Translations under genes and position numbers: made by a program | The notes under the pieces: generated by a model | The model's input: only the letters and a program-made list of their open reading frames with translations | What the model was told of the DNA's origin: nothing | Databases searched by the model: none | NCBI GenBank assembly: GCA_951406725.2 | Contig: OX597828.1 | Location: 55,552,001-55,616,000, forward strand | Reading direction: 5' to 3' | Source: Octopus vulgaris | Lineage: Eukaryota | Length of the DNA: 64,000 bases | In this document: piece by piece, positions 26,910 to 41,140 of the stretch | Numbering within the stretch: position 1 is the first letter of the stretch | Layout of the letters: the number at the start of each line of letters is the position of its first letter

Positions 26910-28162
26910 GTCGCGCTGAGACGCGCTGAGACTGCGGCATCTCTGGCTCTATGTAGACGACGGTGAACAGGTGTGGTCGCCGTTTGTGAGGCACGCTTTC
27001 CCGCAGCTCGTCTCCATGACCGAACTGCAGTCGTGGATCAAAAAGAGGCCGAGGAAGGGCGAATGGCACCGCGAGTGTCGCGTTGCTCTCAAGCAACTCT
27101 GCCGTCCTGGGTCGACCTTAAGTGACTTCAACACAACCAAAGCATTCTATAGGGGTTTAGTGGAGGGGAGGTACGACGACGAGCTCGGGGCGAACCTGGA
27201 CGTCGACGAGGAGTACCTGACCCGCCTGTTCAGGACGACTTTCGGGCCAGGGCCCATGGACAACTTCCAGAGATCCCTGGCCTGGCAGTGCTACCGAGAA
27301 GCGCTACCCGTTCGGGATAAGCTCTACAGACACGGCTCGAGAAACACGGGGCCGACCTGCCCGAGATGCGGTCAGAGCGACGAAACCGTTCTGCACGCAC
27401 TCGTTCAGTGTCCAACAATTTCCGACCTGTGGGCTTATGTCGAACAACTGCTGTCACGTGTGGGACGAGTCGGTTTATCAGCTGAGTCTATCGTCAATAT
27501 TGTCACGCCTCCTTCCTTCAAACGGGAAGGAAGAGCTATTTTCATCATCCTTGTGGCTATGGCGAAAGAATGTATCTGGTGGACGCGTCTGAAAGGATTG
27601 GAGACAAACACTTTCCTCTCTGGTCAATCTCTCATCAACTTCTTCAAGTACCACTTGAAAAGGAAAGTGAGAATAGAGAGGCAAGTTTTGTCTAGCGAAT
27701 GTTTTAAAAAAAGATGGGTGAATGTAGCAAGAATGGCACGTATGAATGACGAAGCCACCTTGAGCATAGTCCTATGAACCCAGAAATCGAAAACAGAGAG
27801 TTGCTTATTTGCAAAAAAAAAAAAAAAAAAAAAGAAATATAAAATGTGACATCATTGACCGAGGTTACCGTGGTCTTTTCCGTAGGCTTTTCTTTGCACG
27901 GGTAAACCTCACCTGTCCTCCCCTTTACACTTCATATTGACATTTCTGTGATAACGATCCCTATTGATCAATTTTTTTCCTCCCCCCTTTTTTTTAAACC
28001 CCCCTTTTTTTGTCCTCTTTCTCTCCTTTTACGATCCCTTTTGATCGAAACTCCCCCTTCCTTTTTTTTTTTTTTTTTTTTCTTTCTTAAACCTTCAAAA
28101 GAAAAGCTCTACCTTGTAATTTGTTCTATCTGTGTGCAGCCCTGTGTGGCTAATAAAGAAAC
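26910..28162 (+). mobile_element. Tx1/L1-like LINE copy 2, 5'-truncated with open ORF2 C-terminus
   Basis: ORF 26971-27777 with CPRCGQSDETVLHALVQCP (CCHC); same 3' end; (TCTA)n on both sides. Confidence 0.9.
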
Positions 28163-28172
28163 ATATCTGTCT

Positions 28173-28646
<474 letters not shown>

Positions 28647-29162
28647 AATAATATATATAGATTCAACATCGATTTTCCGAACTACTGATTGATCTGAATC
28701 AGGAGTGCTCAGATTGGTCGCGCTCACATTGGTCGACACGGTCTAAATTAAAGAAATATTAAACTTAATTAGGTAATTAAATGTAATATCCGTATTTTAG
28801 TGTAAATTATTTGAGGCTCAGGACCATCAGAATCTGTAATGTCTGTGTTGCATCTCTAATGTATCTATATTGTGTGTTTGCCTTCTCTGTATCTGGCCAT
28901 AGGTTTCCTCTTTGCGTATTGCATGCGCATCGACACTTGAGAATGGCTACATACCCGTTACGCAAGGAAAACAAACAAAATCCAATTATTATGCCTTAAG
29001 CCAATTTGGTTGTTCGTTCGTTACAAGTAGACAGACCCACACACGCATCCAGATATTCACACACCAACACACACACACACATACAAACACACACAAAGAA
29101 ACAGACACACACACAGAGCAAGATGAATGAATGAAACAAAATGATAGATATAAGTATATATA

Positions 29163-29199
<37 letters not shown>

Positions 29200-29367
29200 T
29201 CACACACACATATGTGTGTTTGTTGTGTATGCGTGTGTTTTGTGTGTGTGTACGTATGTATGTGTATATACATATATACATATATATATACATGTATATT
29301 TATGTATATATATATATATGATAATATACGAATATATAGACTCAGCATATGTATATGTATATATATG

Positions 29368-29447
<80 letters not shown>

Positions 29448-29887
29448 TCTCTTATTATAAAAGGCAGATTTTATCTGCCTCCCTTTGGGAGTTATACAAA
29501 TCTACAATATAGGATTTCTTCAATTACAATTTACCTGGCATTTTTAAGAGTACAATGCATCGCGTCATGCCAGGTCCAGTTTTTAAAATTTAAACTCCAA
29601 TTAAGCAAAATTTACAGAAAACTCACATTCTGGTGTGTGTGTCAAATGCTTTTCTTAGTCTGGTTTACACCACACGCAAACGCACACACACAGTGGGCAA
29701 CGAATAAAATGAAAGTAAATAGCGGACAGAGTGATTTGAGGAAGACTAAAGTGAAAGTATTCTGTCTATGACGATGATAGATACATGAGTAAAATGTATG
29801 GGAAGCTAAGAGCTAAGAGTGAGTGAAAATGTTCTTGGAAGAGAGTAATTAGTAATAAAGTAAACATACACTCATACATACATACAT

Positions 29888-29922
<35 letters not shown>

Positions 29923-30161
29923 TACACACACACATACATACACACACACATACATACATACATACATATACATACATAATACATACATATACATACATAC
30001 ATACACACACACACATACACACACACACAGTATTGAAGCTTGAGAACAATCAGATACATTTGCAACACATCTGTTGAAAATATTATTGTTCACACACATA
30101 CATATACATATATACATACAGACAGACAGACAGATAGACACACACACACACACACACACAC

Positions 30162-30580
30162 ATGATCCAGCATGGCCACAACCTCAAGGCTGAAACATAT
30201 AAAAGAATAACAGAATATAAATGTGTGCAAAGTACAAGAAATATTAATGCAGTATATGGGGATTGGACAATAAGCGTAAGGCAGTGTCAATGGTGGTTCC
30301 AGAAATCCCGAGCCATAAACTACAGCCTAGAAGACGAGCCTCATCCTGAAAGATCTGTAGAACTCGACAAGGACATCCTGAAAACCCTGGTGGAACAAAA
30401 TATCATCGTAACTGTTGAGGAACTAGCAGAGAAGCTTGGATTTGGTCATTCAACCATTCATTGACACCTGTGTGCTATCGGAAAAGTAAGCAAATTGGGT
30501 CAATGGGTTCCTCACGAACTTTCCGAGTCTAATTGCATGCAGAGAGTGAATGTATGCTTTTCTTTGCTGTCATATCTCAC
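30162..30580 (+). mobile_element. Mariner fragment (N-terminal HTH region), same family as 17560-18535
   Basis: SLEDEPHPERSVELDKDIL..AEKLGFGHSTIH..QWVPHEL matches the other copy. Confidence 0.85.
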
Positions 30581-30599
30581 CACTACTGCGCTATGTATA

Positions 30600-31232
30600 T
30601 CTATATATATAAAACTGTAGTTGTGTGAGTGTCTGTCCCCTTCGATTTAGATTCCTAACTACTCCCACATTTTGCGGTACAGTTTAACCAAATTCGGGTA
30701 GCTTATAGTCGTGATTCATATCGAGCCCGTCTGAATATTAGCGCGCGTCTACGATGAGTCTACGATTTTTAAAATAATTTAACATTTTTTATTCCATTTT
30801 AATGCATAATTTTTCGTGTGTCGATGGCAGCGGAGTTGGCGTCCACGCTCACACCTGCACCTGTGGGGAAGGGAGTGTAAGGAAATCAACGTCGTAATGC
30901 GTTGTCAAGGAGACCAGTGTTCTTTTAGAACAACGACTTCATGGCTTGAAGACACCAAAACAGAAATGGCTAAGAAAGCGTCTACATGAGTCTACGATTT
31001 AAAAAAAAATTTACCATCGTTTTTTTTCCATTTTAATGCATTTTTTCGCTATTATATAAGGGAAGTAACTCTCTAAAAATGTCTACGATGAGTCAACGAT
31101 TTTTAAAAAAATTACCATCATATTTTTTCCATTTTTAATGCATTTTTTGCTATTTTTTGGCTATAACTCTCTAAAAATGCTTATATAGTTATTTCCCTTA
31201 CAAACCCGAGCAACGCCGGGCGATACTGCTAG
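30600..31232 (+). mobile_element. Complete non-autonomous Helitron
   Basis: A|TC start (tctatatatataaaa), subterminal hairpin cccg-agcaacgc-cggg, CTAG|T end, no TSD; three internal subrepeats. Confidence 0.85.
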
Positions 31233-31352
31233 TATATATATATTTATATATGCGATATGATATGAAAAGTTTATGTAATCTAATACACGCACGCTTACTT
31301 GTAAATATATATGTATTTACGTCAATACCCAGCGAGGCAAACATCGCGCTCG

Positions 31353-31400
<48 letters not shown>

Positions 31401-31744
31401 CACACACACACAAAGTAAAACTAATATGGTTAGTAAGAAGACTCTCTATGAACTTGACATTGATCATCCGATAGGGACATTAATACTAGCCACTACTTGA
31501 TAGTGACTAACCTGTTAGATCACTTCGGACAGAATCAGTAAGGTTATTGATTCAATATTGTATCCAGTACATTCATACTTTATATATTTACACACGTAAT
31601 GTAGAGTCAACACTCCCACCCACACACTCACACATACATACACACATTTATATACCCACATGTGTCTTTGTGTGTGTGTGTGTCCAGGCGTGTGCAAAAG
31701 CGAATTGTGTTCTATGTTAGAGCTTTATTATGAAATAATAATTC

Positions 31745-31948
31745 CTTTTTTCTATAGGCAAAAGTGTTGAGGGGAGGGGAAATCGATTACATCGATCTTA
31801 CTGGTCGATTGTTGCTTATTTTATCGAGTCCAAATGGATGAAAGACAAAGTACACCTCAGCGACATTGTAAACTCAGAATGTAATGCCGGAAAAAGGCCG
31901 CTTAATTTTTTTGTCCGGCGCGCTAAATATACTACCAGCTCACGCCAT
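31745..31948 (-). mobile_element. Degenerate Meta-like SINE, tail type 1
   Basis: ctataggca..tcgattacatcga..ggatgaaagacaaagt..ccagctcacgcc. Confidence 0.65.
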
Positions 31949-32286
31949 TCATCATGATATAAAAGAACACAATAAAGATTCGCTTTTAATTATAGAAATC
32001 AAAGAATATAAAGCTGTAAATAAATGCGCATAAATTTTGAATTAAAACCCTATTTGGATAGAAGAAATATGGAGGACTAACCATGATGCACGAAACTATA
32101 TAACCTATAAACATTTCATCATCTCAGGGTCAATAAGATAAGTACTAGTTGAGAGCTGAGGTCAATGTAATCGTCTTACCCCGCCTCGAACTTGCTGGCC
32201 TTGTGCTGAAATTTTAAACCATTTTTATTCTTTGAACATGTTTTCTGTATTTTATTGCGAGTCTTTCTTTTCTGCTTTCCGTTTCT

Positions 32287-32702
32287 TATTTCTTTACTGC
32301 CGGCAAGAGGCTACACACAGAGGGGACAAACAAGGACAGACAAACGGATTAAGTCGATTATATCGACCCCAGTGCGTAACTGGTACTTAATTTATCGACC
32401 CCGAAAGGATGAAAGGCAAAGTCGACCTCAGTGGAATTTGAACTCAGAATGTAGCGGCAGACGAAATGCCTATTTCTTTACTACCCTCAAAGAGCTAAAC
32501 ACAGAGGGGACAAACAAGGACAGACAAAGGGATTAAGTTGATTATTTCGACCCCAGTGCGTAACTGGTAGTTAATTTATCGACCCCCGAAAGGATGAAAG
32601 GCAAAGTCGACCTCGGTGGAATTTGAACTCAGAACGTAACGGCGGGCGAAATACCGCTTAGCATTTCGCCCAGCGTGCTAACGTTTCTGCCAACTAGCCG
32701 AC
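32287..32702 (-). mobile_element. Tandem dimer of Meta-like SINE with Tx1-like tails and a shared ~17-bp TSD
   Basis: Two units; flanks ttctgctttccgtttct (32270-32286) and ttctgctttccgattct (32703-32719). Confidence 0.88.
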
Positions 32703-33070
32703 TTCTGCTTTCCGATTCTGCATTCTATTTCTGTCTTCCATTTCATTAAGTCTTTTTATACGACTGTCCCTTTAAATATTGCAAATGTTTCCTTACTTAT
32801 ATGATAAAGCACATACATACAACCACATATAAATGAGCACACACACACACACACTCATATAAATATACACATGTATTTATTTAATATATATATATATTAT
32901 AAATATATGTGCATATATTCATATATATTTGCATACAATATCATTTACGTAAATATATACACAGTCTATATATCCTTCTCTCTCTCTTTCTGTGGATATA
33001 TGTTTATAAATATGTATATGTTTATATACACATATATCGATTTATGATCGTACTATTGCAATTTTGAGAT

Positions 33071-33106
33071 ATTAATTATTCTCATTTCTTTCTATTACAG
33101 GTAAGT
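33071..33106 (+). other. Candidate recursive splice site (zero-length exon)
   Basis: attaattattctcatttctttctattacAG|GTAAGT: pyrimidine tract plus CAG directly followed by a perfect donor. Confidence 0.55.
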
Positions 33107-33648
33107 AATACAATCTTCCCAAAAGAATTGCAAACGTCGCAAGGTAACAAAAATGCAAAAAAAAAATGCATTCCAATTTTCTCCTTTCCTTTTAATATCA
33201 ATTAATTAGCAAATTAATTCCACTATTCAGTTTGAATGTTTAAATGTCTCCAATGTCTGCAATAATTCGATTATTTATTTTTCTTTTTTCACACCTGAAG
33301 GAATCATTCATAATTGTATATTTTCGGGTTTCATTATTTTCTGCTTCCATTCCATGTATGTGTGTGGATACGTCTCTTTCGTATGCACATACATGAATAA
33401 ATGCATTCGTAGAGTATATACATACATATATATGTATCTAAATATATGTATATATAGTGTATATATATATATATATATATGTATATATGTGTGTATTGAT
33501 TATATGCGATTATCTATGTATATCTTGTACATATTATATGTGTATATAGATATGTATACACACGCACATTATATAAATGAATGCTTGAAGGTATTTCAAC
33601 CTACGCGTATACAAATCAAATTTACAGTTTCTTTCTTCTCCTCTCACT

Positions 33649-33713
<65 letters not shown>

Positions 33714-35146
33714 AATCTATGTATCTATCTATCTGTGCTTGTTTGCGTGTATGTGGATTTGTCTTTCTATCTGTTACTTCATCTGATGTGTAGACAAAAA
33801 CTATAACGGCGTAACTACCATATGTTTTAAAAATTGACATTACCAACGCCCATTTACTTTTCGACGTAAAGAACAAAAATTCGAAGTCACGGTTTGGAAT
33901 TCTAGAGATAAACAAAACTAAAATATCATTTTAAACAAGTCAACAATTAAAAATGCCAACCCTTACACCATGAGTCCAACAAGTTGCTTTCAGAGCAATT
34001 TAATATCTAAATAAATTATACTATGAAATAAGCAGTCTGAACTGGTCTCACACTACCGACATCAATATTGTTATTTCCAAATAACAGTAGTCAAATCTGC
34101 TTGCGTGGATCACAAATTATATAAGGTGAGTCTTGCAAAGAATAATGAAAAGGCGTCTAATTTAACCAGTTACCTGCCTTATCTAATCCATCTTGTATAT
34201 TCATAAAATTTCTCCTTACGCACGTGTAAGAAACAAAGTTATAAACAAATGATCTGACCTGATATACAGATTTACATATATACATACATACATACATGCA
34301 TATATAAACACACTCAAATTTATCCATGCAGTAAAGGTTTATGGTAAGGGAACTCAACTCACGGTCGCAAGATGTAAATCAGGAACAGTGCGACAGACTC
34401 AGTTTCAGTCAATCAAGGTGTCTCTAGGACTGAGTCGAAAACCACGTAGTTGCAAAGCGAATTTCTTACCAATTGAGCTACGACTGTGCTTATGCAATTT
34501 TGAATTAAAAATGCAGTGTATGTCTGCTTCGTGGTCAAGTGAAGAATGTGGGATTCGAGCTCAGAACGAAAAGAAAACTAAATGTTGTATATCATTTAAT
34601 CGATTTTTGCTGCTGTGTATTATTTCCTTCTGTTGCCGATGAAAAATTCATGAACCTGTTGCATGTTTTGTTTAGTCGAAGTGCTGAGCAGTCGGCCAAT
34701 TTATCAATGAATTATTTACAGTGTGGTTCTCTTGTCAATACAACCATCCTGACTCTGAAAGCGACTTGAAATACAATTAGTAACCTTGACATAGTGACAC
34801 TTCGCTATTCTAATATTTTATGCTGTGCTGCTACTGCTGCTGCTACTTCTGCTGCTCTCGTGGCTGTAATTTTTAAACCCCAGGTCTGTCCTGATTGATA
34901 AGACCTATAATCAAAAGCTGTCGAGCTGTGACCATCCTGTCGTTTTATATCAGATATAATGTCATTTTCACGACTACCTTACGCAATATATTTTCCATAC
35001 TTCATATGTATGATATGAGGGACATTTGATTGTTATTTCTAGCAGATCAAATAGACTACAATCGAGATAATAAGAAATCTTCTATTCAGTCGATTAGCAT
35101 ATGTGGAAAGTAGTAACCAAATAAATTTCGAATTGCAAATACATTG

Positions 35147-35272
35147 AAGGCGGCAAGCTGGCAGAGTGGTTAGTGCGTCGGACAAAATGCTTAGCGGCGT
35201 TTCGTCCTTCTTTACGTTCTGATTTCAAATTCCACCGAGTTCAAATTTGCCTTTCATCCTTTCAGTTGGTAA
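35147..35272 (+). mobile_element. Meta-like SINE 5' part
   Basis: aaggcggcaagctggcagagtggttag..gcctttcatcctttc. Confidence 0.75.
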
Positions 35273-35779
35273 AATCTGACCATCACACGATTTCACATCA
35301 AGAACCTTGCAAAATATATACATACATGTGACACATTTAATAATTTTATTCATGCACCCCTGCACTCGATTTCCCATCTGTAATACAGTCGCAATAGACA
35401 AGTGGTAATTGTTTCTTATATTTGACAATAAAAAATGCGCCCCTCGTACACCGATACAGGTACCTCGTTGATGTAATAGAAACACTTAGTTGAGTAAATT
35501 CGGCAAATATAACACTGCGCAGTTAACGAGAAAATAGTTGTTTCGTTTCTGATCAACTCGATCGAGCAGACTTTTAGTCAAAATTATTTGCTTTCCAGAC
35601 AATTACGTCTAGGACTACATTATTCAAATTGTCCAATGGCAAGGTATTATAGCTTTTAGGTAAAAAAATAAACATGGATTTGATGCTGAAAAATACAGTT
35701 TATTTAATTGTCTAACTTCGACCTAATAGGAATCTGGTCCCAATACAAGAAACAGATTGAACAATATTAAACGTAACCA

Positions 35780-35860
35780 AGGGTTATATGGTAGTATAAG
35801 GCGACCGGAGTATAAGGTGGCATATGGTGGTATATGGTGATATAAGGCGACTGGAGTAAA
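35780..35860 (+). repeat. Short degenerate minisatellite
   Basis: Repeated tatatggt / tataaggcgac units. Confidence 0.6.
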
Positions 35861-36210
35861 TCTACTTCTGAAAATGTATGTCTCTACATGTATTTAAGTG
35901 TTTGTATGCATGGGTGCGATGGGTGTGTGTATGTGAATGAGGATATGTTTGTGAGTGCGTTTGTGTGTTGGTATGTTCAAGCATTTTTAATTCTTGTTTG
36001 TCTTTTATTTAACCTAGATGAACTTTCATCATGTAGATTCATTCCTGTCATGACCCTCCTGTCTTTACGTCAATCGTTGTCTCTTTAAGATAGATTATTC
36101 AACAACGTCTTTTTCAGTAGGGTGTAATCTGAGAAGAATTTAAATGATGTTTGTAGCAGATCAGGCTAAAATGTAGAGGTTCCTTTACTACATGTATGCA
36201 TATATCCATG

Positions 36211-36244
<34 letters not shown>

Positions 36245-36262
36245 TGTATGTATGTATGTATG

Positions 36263-36293
<31 letters not shown>

Positions 36294-36327
36294 GTAAGAA
36301 TGTATGCATGTATGCATGTAAATATGT

Positions 36328-36372
<45 letters not shown>

Positions 36373-37152
36373 AATGTATGTATATATATACGTATGGAGG
36401 GATGGGTGACTTTAAACTGAATTGAGTCGTAGGTAACCAGTTCGGAAGCTCCAGAGTTTTGAAGAACGTGGACCACTTCTTAGACACTATTCTTCCTTGG
36501 TCTACTCTGATCCGGAGTAGTCGCTCCTGTTCGGGTCCCAGTTATGCGTTAATCAGCATGTTATGGTAGAAACTCCAAACACAAATCCTCACTGCCTTGT
36601 AGTTACTCTGGGAAAGGCAAAAAAACTGGGGGAGTCAACCTTGACGGTGAATCAAGGAGTGGAGTAACCTCAGATAGTTTGGTGGCCTCTCTGACACTCT
36701 TCTGGCAATTCCAGAGCAAACGAAACTCTCCAGCTCTTTCAGATAATTAACTCATCTAGAAGGCTGCTCCGATATAAAACCTACAGCTTGCTTTTATCGA
36801 AGCCATCATAGACTGGTGAGTCACTATACTCAGAGCTCCAAGTCTAAAGAGTGGGATTAGATTGTGCAGACTGACTCACACTTTAAAACTACTAAGCGTT
36901 GGCAACAAGAAAGACCTCTTGCATCAAGGAAAATTTTATGTAGCCACGTGACGATGTGCCGCTTTTTCTCTTGATTTTTCAGTGACGAAGAACATGCCAT
37001 TATGTATGTGCGTATGTATGTATGTATGTATGTATGTATGTATGTATGTATGTATGTATGTATGCATGTATGTATGTATGTATGTATGTGTGTATGTATG
37101 TATGTATGTATGCATGTATGTATGTATGTTAGTTCTATCTAACTATCAATCA

Positions 37153-37229
<77 letters not shown>

Positions 37230-37464
37230 CTCTTTCTCTCTCTCTCTCTCTATCTATCTATCTATTTATCTAACAAAGCAACGCAACTTTTTGAATTAAG
37301 AGAGTTCCAGCTGTTTGTAAATATGTGATTGAGTTGGAGTCGATGCTTACATCCAAGTGTGCGCATCTATTTACATAAGACTCTCAGATGGAAAATTTTC
37401 GAAATGTGTTACAAATCTTCTCAGTGCCACTTACAGATTAGATTTGAATACGTATGTATGTACG

Positions 37465-37578
37465 TGAGTCTTCAGTATTATTTCAAGGTGTCTTGCCAAT
37501 AGAGAAAGAGCCGGTTTCTAACCTAGAACCAACGTTCATTCATTGGAATTTCAACAGAAACAACAGGGTATATTTTTT
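37465..37578 (-). mobile_element. Short repeat (probable LINE 3' end) in (TATG)n
   Basis: rc homologous to 23694-23800. Confidence 0.6.
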
Positions 37579-38718
37579 GTATGTATGTATGTATGTATGT
37601 ATGTATGTATGTATGTATGTATGTATGTATGTATGTATGTATGCATACATTGCATGCATGTATGCAAGTGTGTATGTATGGACGGACGGATGGATGGATG
37701 GATGGATAGATGCGTGTATATATTTAAGAATATATGTGTTTGTAAAGTGCGCAATTCCATATATGATTAAATGAACGCATGTTCTCGCGTTAATGCAGCT
37801 GTATATTTGTGGCAATTAGAACATACAACTAAATAATACATGTTCTCACACTCAAGGAGTTGTTGATTTATGATATTTGGAGGCTTTCTATGACAATACG
37901 CTGATGAATGAATGACTGTGTTTTCTGACGTTGAGAAGATACGAGAGTCATGGCAGCACTTGTTTCTGGTTGTACGTACAATGTTTTCATTTTGCCGCAT
38001 TTCAGACATTGTTGAGCTGGTCTATGATCAAAGATGAACCAGCCACTCAGTCAAATATTTTTTTTACTGTTAGATATAGCGCATCAATCTAGGATCTCTC
38101 CCGTGGCTGATAAAGTATATTGAAATTTCCTCCTTACAGCTTAGCTGTGGGTAAGGTAAAATTATGGAGAACAAGAAGATGGAAATAAAGCGAGTTATTA
38201 TGTCTACGACATTGCTGTCATCTTAGAACATAAAAAATCGGTAAAAATACTGCAAGGTAATTGACCCCAGGAAAATGAAATACAAAAATGACAGGGGTGG
38301 GATCTCAACTCAGAGTGTATAAAACAGGAAAACACTGTATGACCAAATAGTGGAAACCTTGTCCAATGTAATCTCTTTTCATGACAATATATCAAGACTT
38401 GAGGTATATTTACCTGTTACTTTCAGCATCTCGTTCAAACTCCCTCATTGACTTTTGCATAAATATCTGATTAAACATGCGCATTTTTGGGATATTTATA
38501 CTTGCATGGATATTTCTATGTAGAGGTTCAATGTCTCTGTGTACTTTGTGTTTCATGTTCGATTTTGATTGTGTCTGATTCATAGTTAGCTTTTGCGCGA
38601 ATAGATTCATAGAAAGTGGGACATCATCGGCGTTGTTTTTCGGTGCTTACGTATTTCTGTATATATGAAAGTGTAGGATTAAGTATGAGCGACTTTGTTT
38701 CGTTTACAACATCTGCGC

Positions 38719-38817
<99 letters not shown>

Positions 38818-38899
38818 TGTATATATGCATGTATATATATGTATACACATGTATGTATATATTTATATATACATCAACAAACATATGTATATATACATA

Positions 38900-38961
<62 letters not shown>

Positions 38962-39285
38962 TATACATATGCAGGTGACTATGTGCAAATATGTATCGAT
39001 TTGTGTCATTCATGAGCGAGATTCAGCTAATGAGTGTGTGTGTTGTGTGTGTGCATGCACATGCACGCGTATATTCGTGCGTGGCTCTGAGTAATAATAT
39101 ATATATATATATCAGTGTGTGTGTGTGTGTGTGTGCATATATACATATACAGACACTCATTGTAATGTAAGCTTTATTCTGGTTTATTATTACTCAATAT
39201 CCTGCAGAGATCGCATCAATGATGGAAATGAACTTCCTATATTAATCTGACATTACGCTCTACTGGTGTGCGTATGAATATGCAT

Positions 39286-39349
<64 letters not shown>

Positions 39350-39397
39350 TGTATATATATAAATACATACATTTGTGTGTGTGTATATATATATAAA

Positions 39398-39461
<64 letters not shown>

Positions 39462-40345
39462 CGTATTGATATACGTACATTAAAATAAGCACGTTTATAT
39501 ACAGTGATATACATAGCTTATTAACATATATATGCATAATTATACATTTATAAATATGCATCTAGATATGTGTCTGTGTGTCTACAAACGGATGTGTGTT
39601 TTATATATATATATATATATATATACGTATGTATATACATATACTACATTTGCTTATATGTATATATATATATATAGGTATGCATACACACACACACACA
39701 TTTAAACACACACATATATGTGTACGTATTTTGTATGTATGTTCTTGCAAAAATTGCAAAAATATACAGAAAATATAAACCACACAAAAAAAAGAAACAA
39801 AATAGAAACTCATGTCTTTCCTCAAAGAAATTCTATGAACAACATTCGACATTTGATCTCCTGGCATCAGCCGGATAAATCTTATTGATGCAACATCGGA
39901 AGGTGGTTTTTCTCTTTTACACTATATATGTGTAAACATATACCACCCAGACAAGGATAAAACACAAGCACACAAACGCACATAGATACACACCCACTTA
40001 TAGACACACACACAGACGCGCACACACACATGCACATTCACACACACACACACACACATATTCACTATTTATTCATATACTCTTATAAACACTGAGAAAG
40101 ATATTCCTGTGAACTATATTGTGTTTGGAACCACTCTGTATGTTGGATATATTGCAAACATTACCGATTTGAAAAATCAAAAAAATATTCCAGATCACAT
40201 ACATACATACATACATACATACATACATACATACATACATACATACAAGCATACATACACATATATATTTATATCAATATATATATATATAGATATATGT
40301 ATATGTATATATGTATGTACACATACATATATATACTTGTATGTA

Positions 40346-40376
<31 letters not shown>

Positions 40377-40909
40377 TCGTGTGTTTGCTGGCGATTGTAT
40401 ATAAACATGTAAATACATGCAATTACAGTGACAGAGAGAGAGAGCGAGAGAGAGAGAGCGAGAGAGAGAGAGAAACAAAGAGAGAACAGATAAAAAGAAA
40501 AAATACACAAAAAATTCCAAAATTTATTACTGAATTTTCCCAAATACAATATTATATTATAGTTTCACTTCAAATGGGCGATAATCACTCTAATGTCCAC
40601 GTGTAAGGATTATCCACTATTAGAACGGAAAGCTGTATGGAATTATGGATTTTGGAATAAATTAATCACAATTTAAAGATAAGCGTGCATTTTTTCATTA
40701 TATATGTTTATATATATATCGCGGCATGTGTGATATATTTTCAGAATTTCACGCGCGCGCGCACGCATATACACACACATGTATATGTAAAAGACACTGA
40801 CAAGTGTATTCTCAAGAGGGAAAAGGGAAAGATGTTCAAGAAAATAAATGACAGGTGGAGGTTCACTGCTGTGATCTGCGAGTTTGTTGTCAACAAATCT
40901 TCCATTGTT

Positions 40910-41140
40910 TTTTCTACTCTAGGGACAAAGCCTGAAATGTTTTGTGTGCGTGTGTGTGTGTGTGGGGGGGGTCCAGCCGATTAGATCAACACCACTAGAC
41001 AACTGGTACTTGATTTATCGTCCCCGAAAGGATGAAAGGCAAAGTCGACCTCGGCGGAATTTGAACTCACAACGTTGCGACAGACGAAATACTGCTGAGC
41101 ATTTCGCCCGTGCTAACGTTTCTGCCAGCTCGTTGCCTTT
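40910..41140 (-). mobile_element. Meta-like SINE, tail type 1
   Basis: ccccgaaaggatgaaaggcaaagtcgacctcggcggaatttgaactc. Confidence 0.8.

Noticed and set aside
26971-27777. 268-aa ORF as a host gene
   Set aside because: Multi-copy, 5'-truncated LINE ORF2 C-terminus with no true start.
30747-31150. Spaced direct repeats resembling a CRISPR array
   Set aside because: Irregular spacing, long degenerate units, inside a Helitron, eukaryotic context, no cas genes.
36400-36900. GC-richer block possibly from a LINE 5' UTR
   Set aside because: Single copy in the window and no diagnostic motif, so it cannot be classified by eye.
38140-38155. Possible 11- or 16-nt microexon
   Set aside because: Frame-shifting lengths, modest donor, expected by chance.
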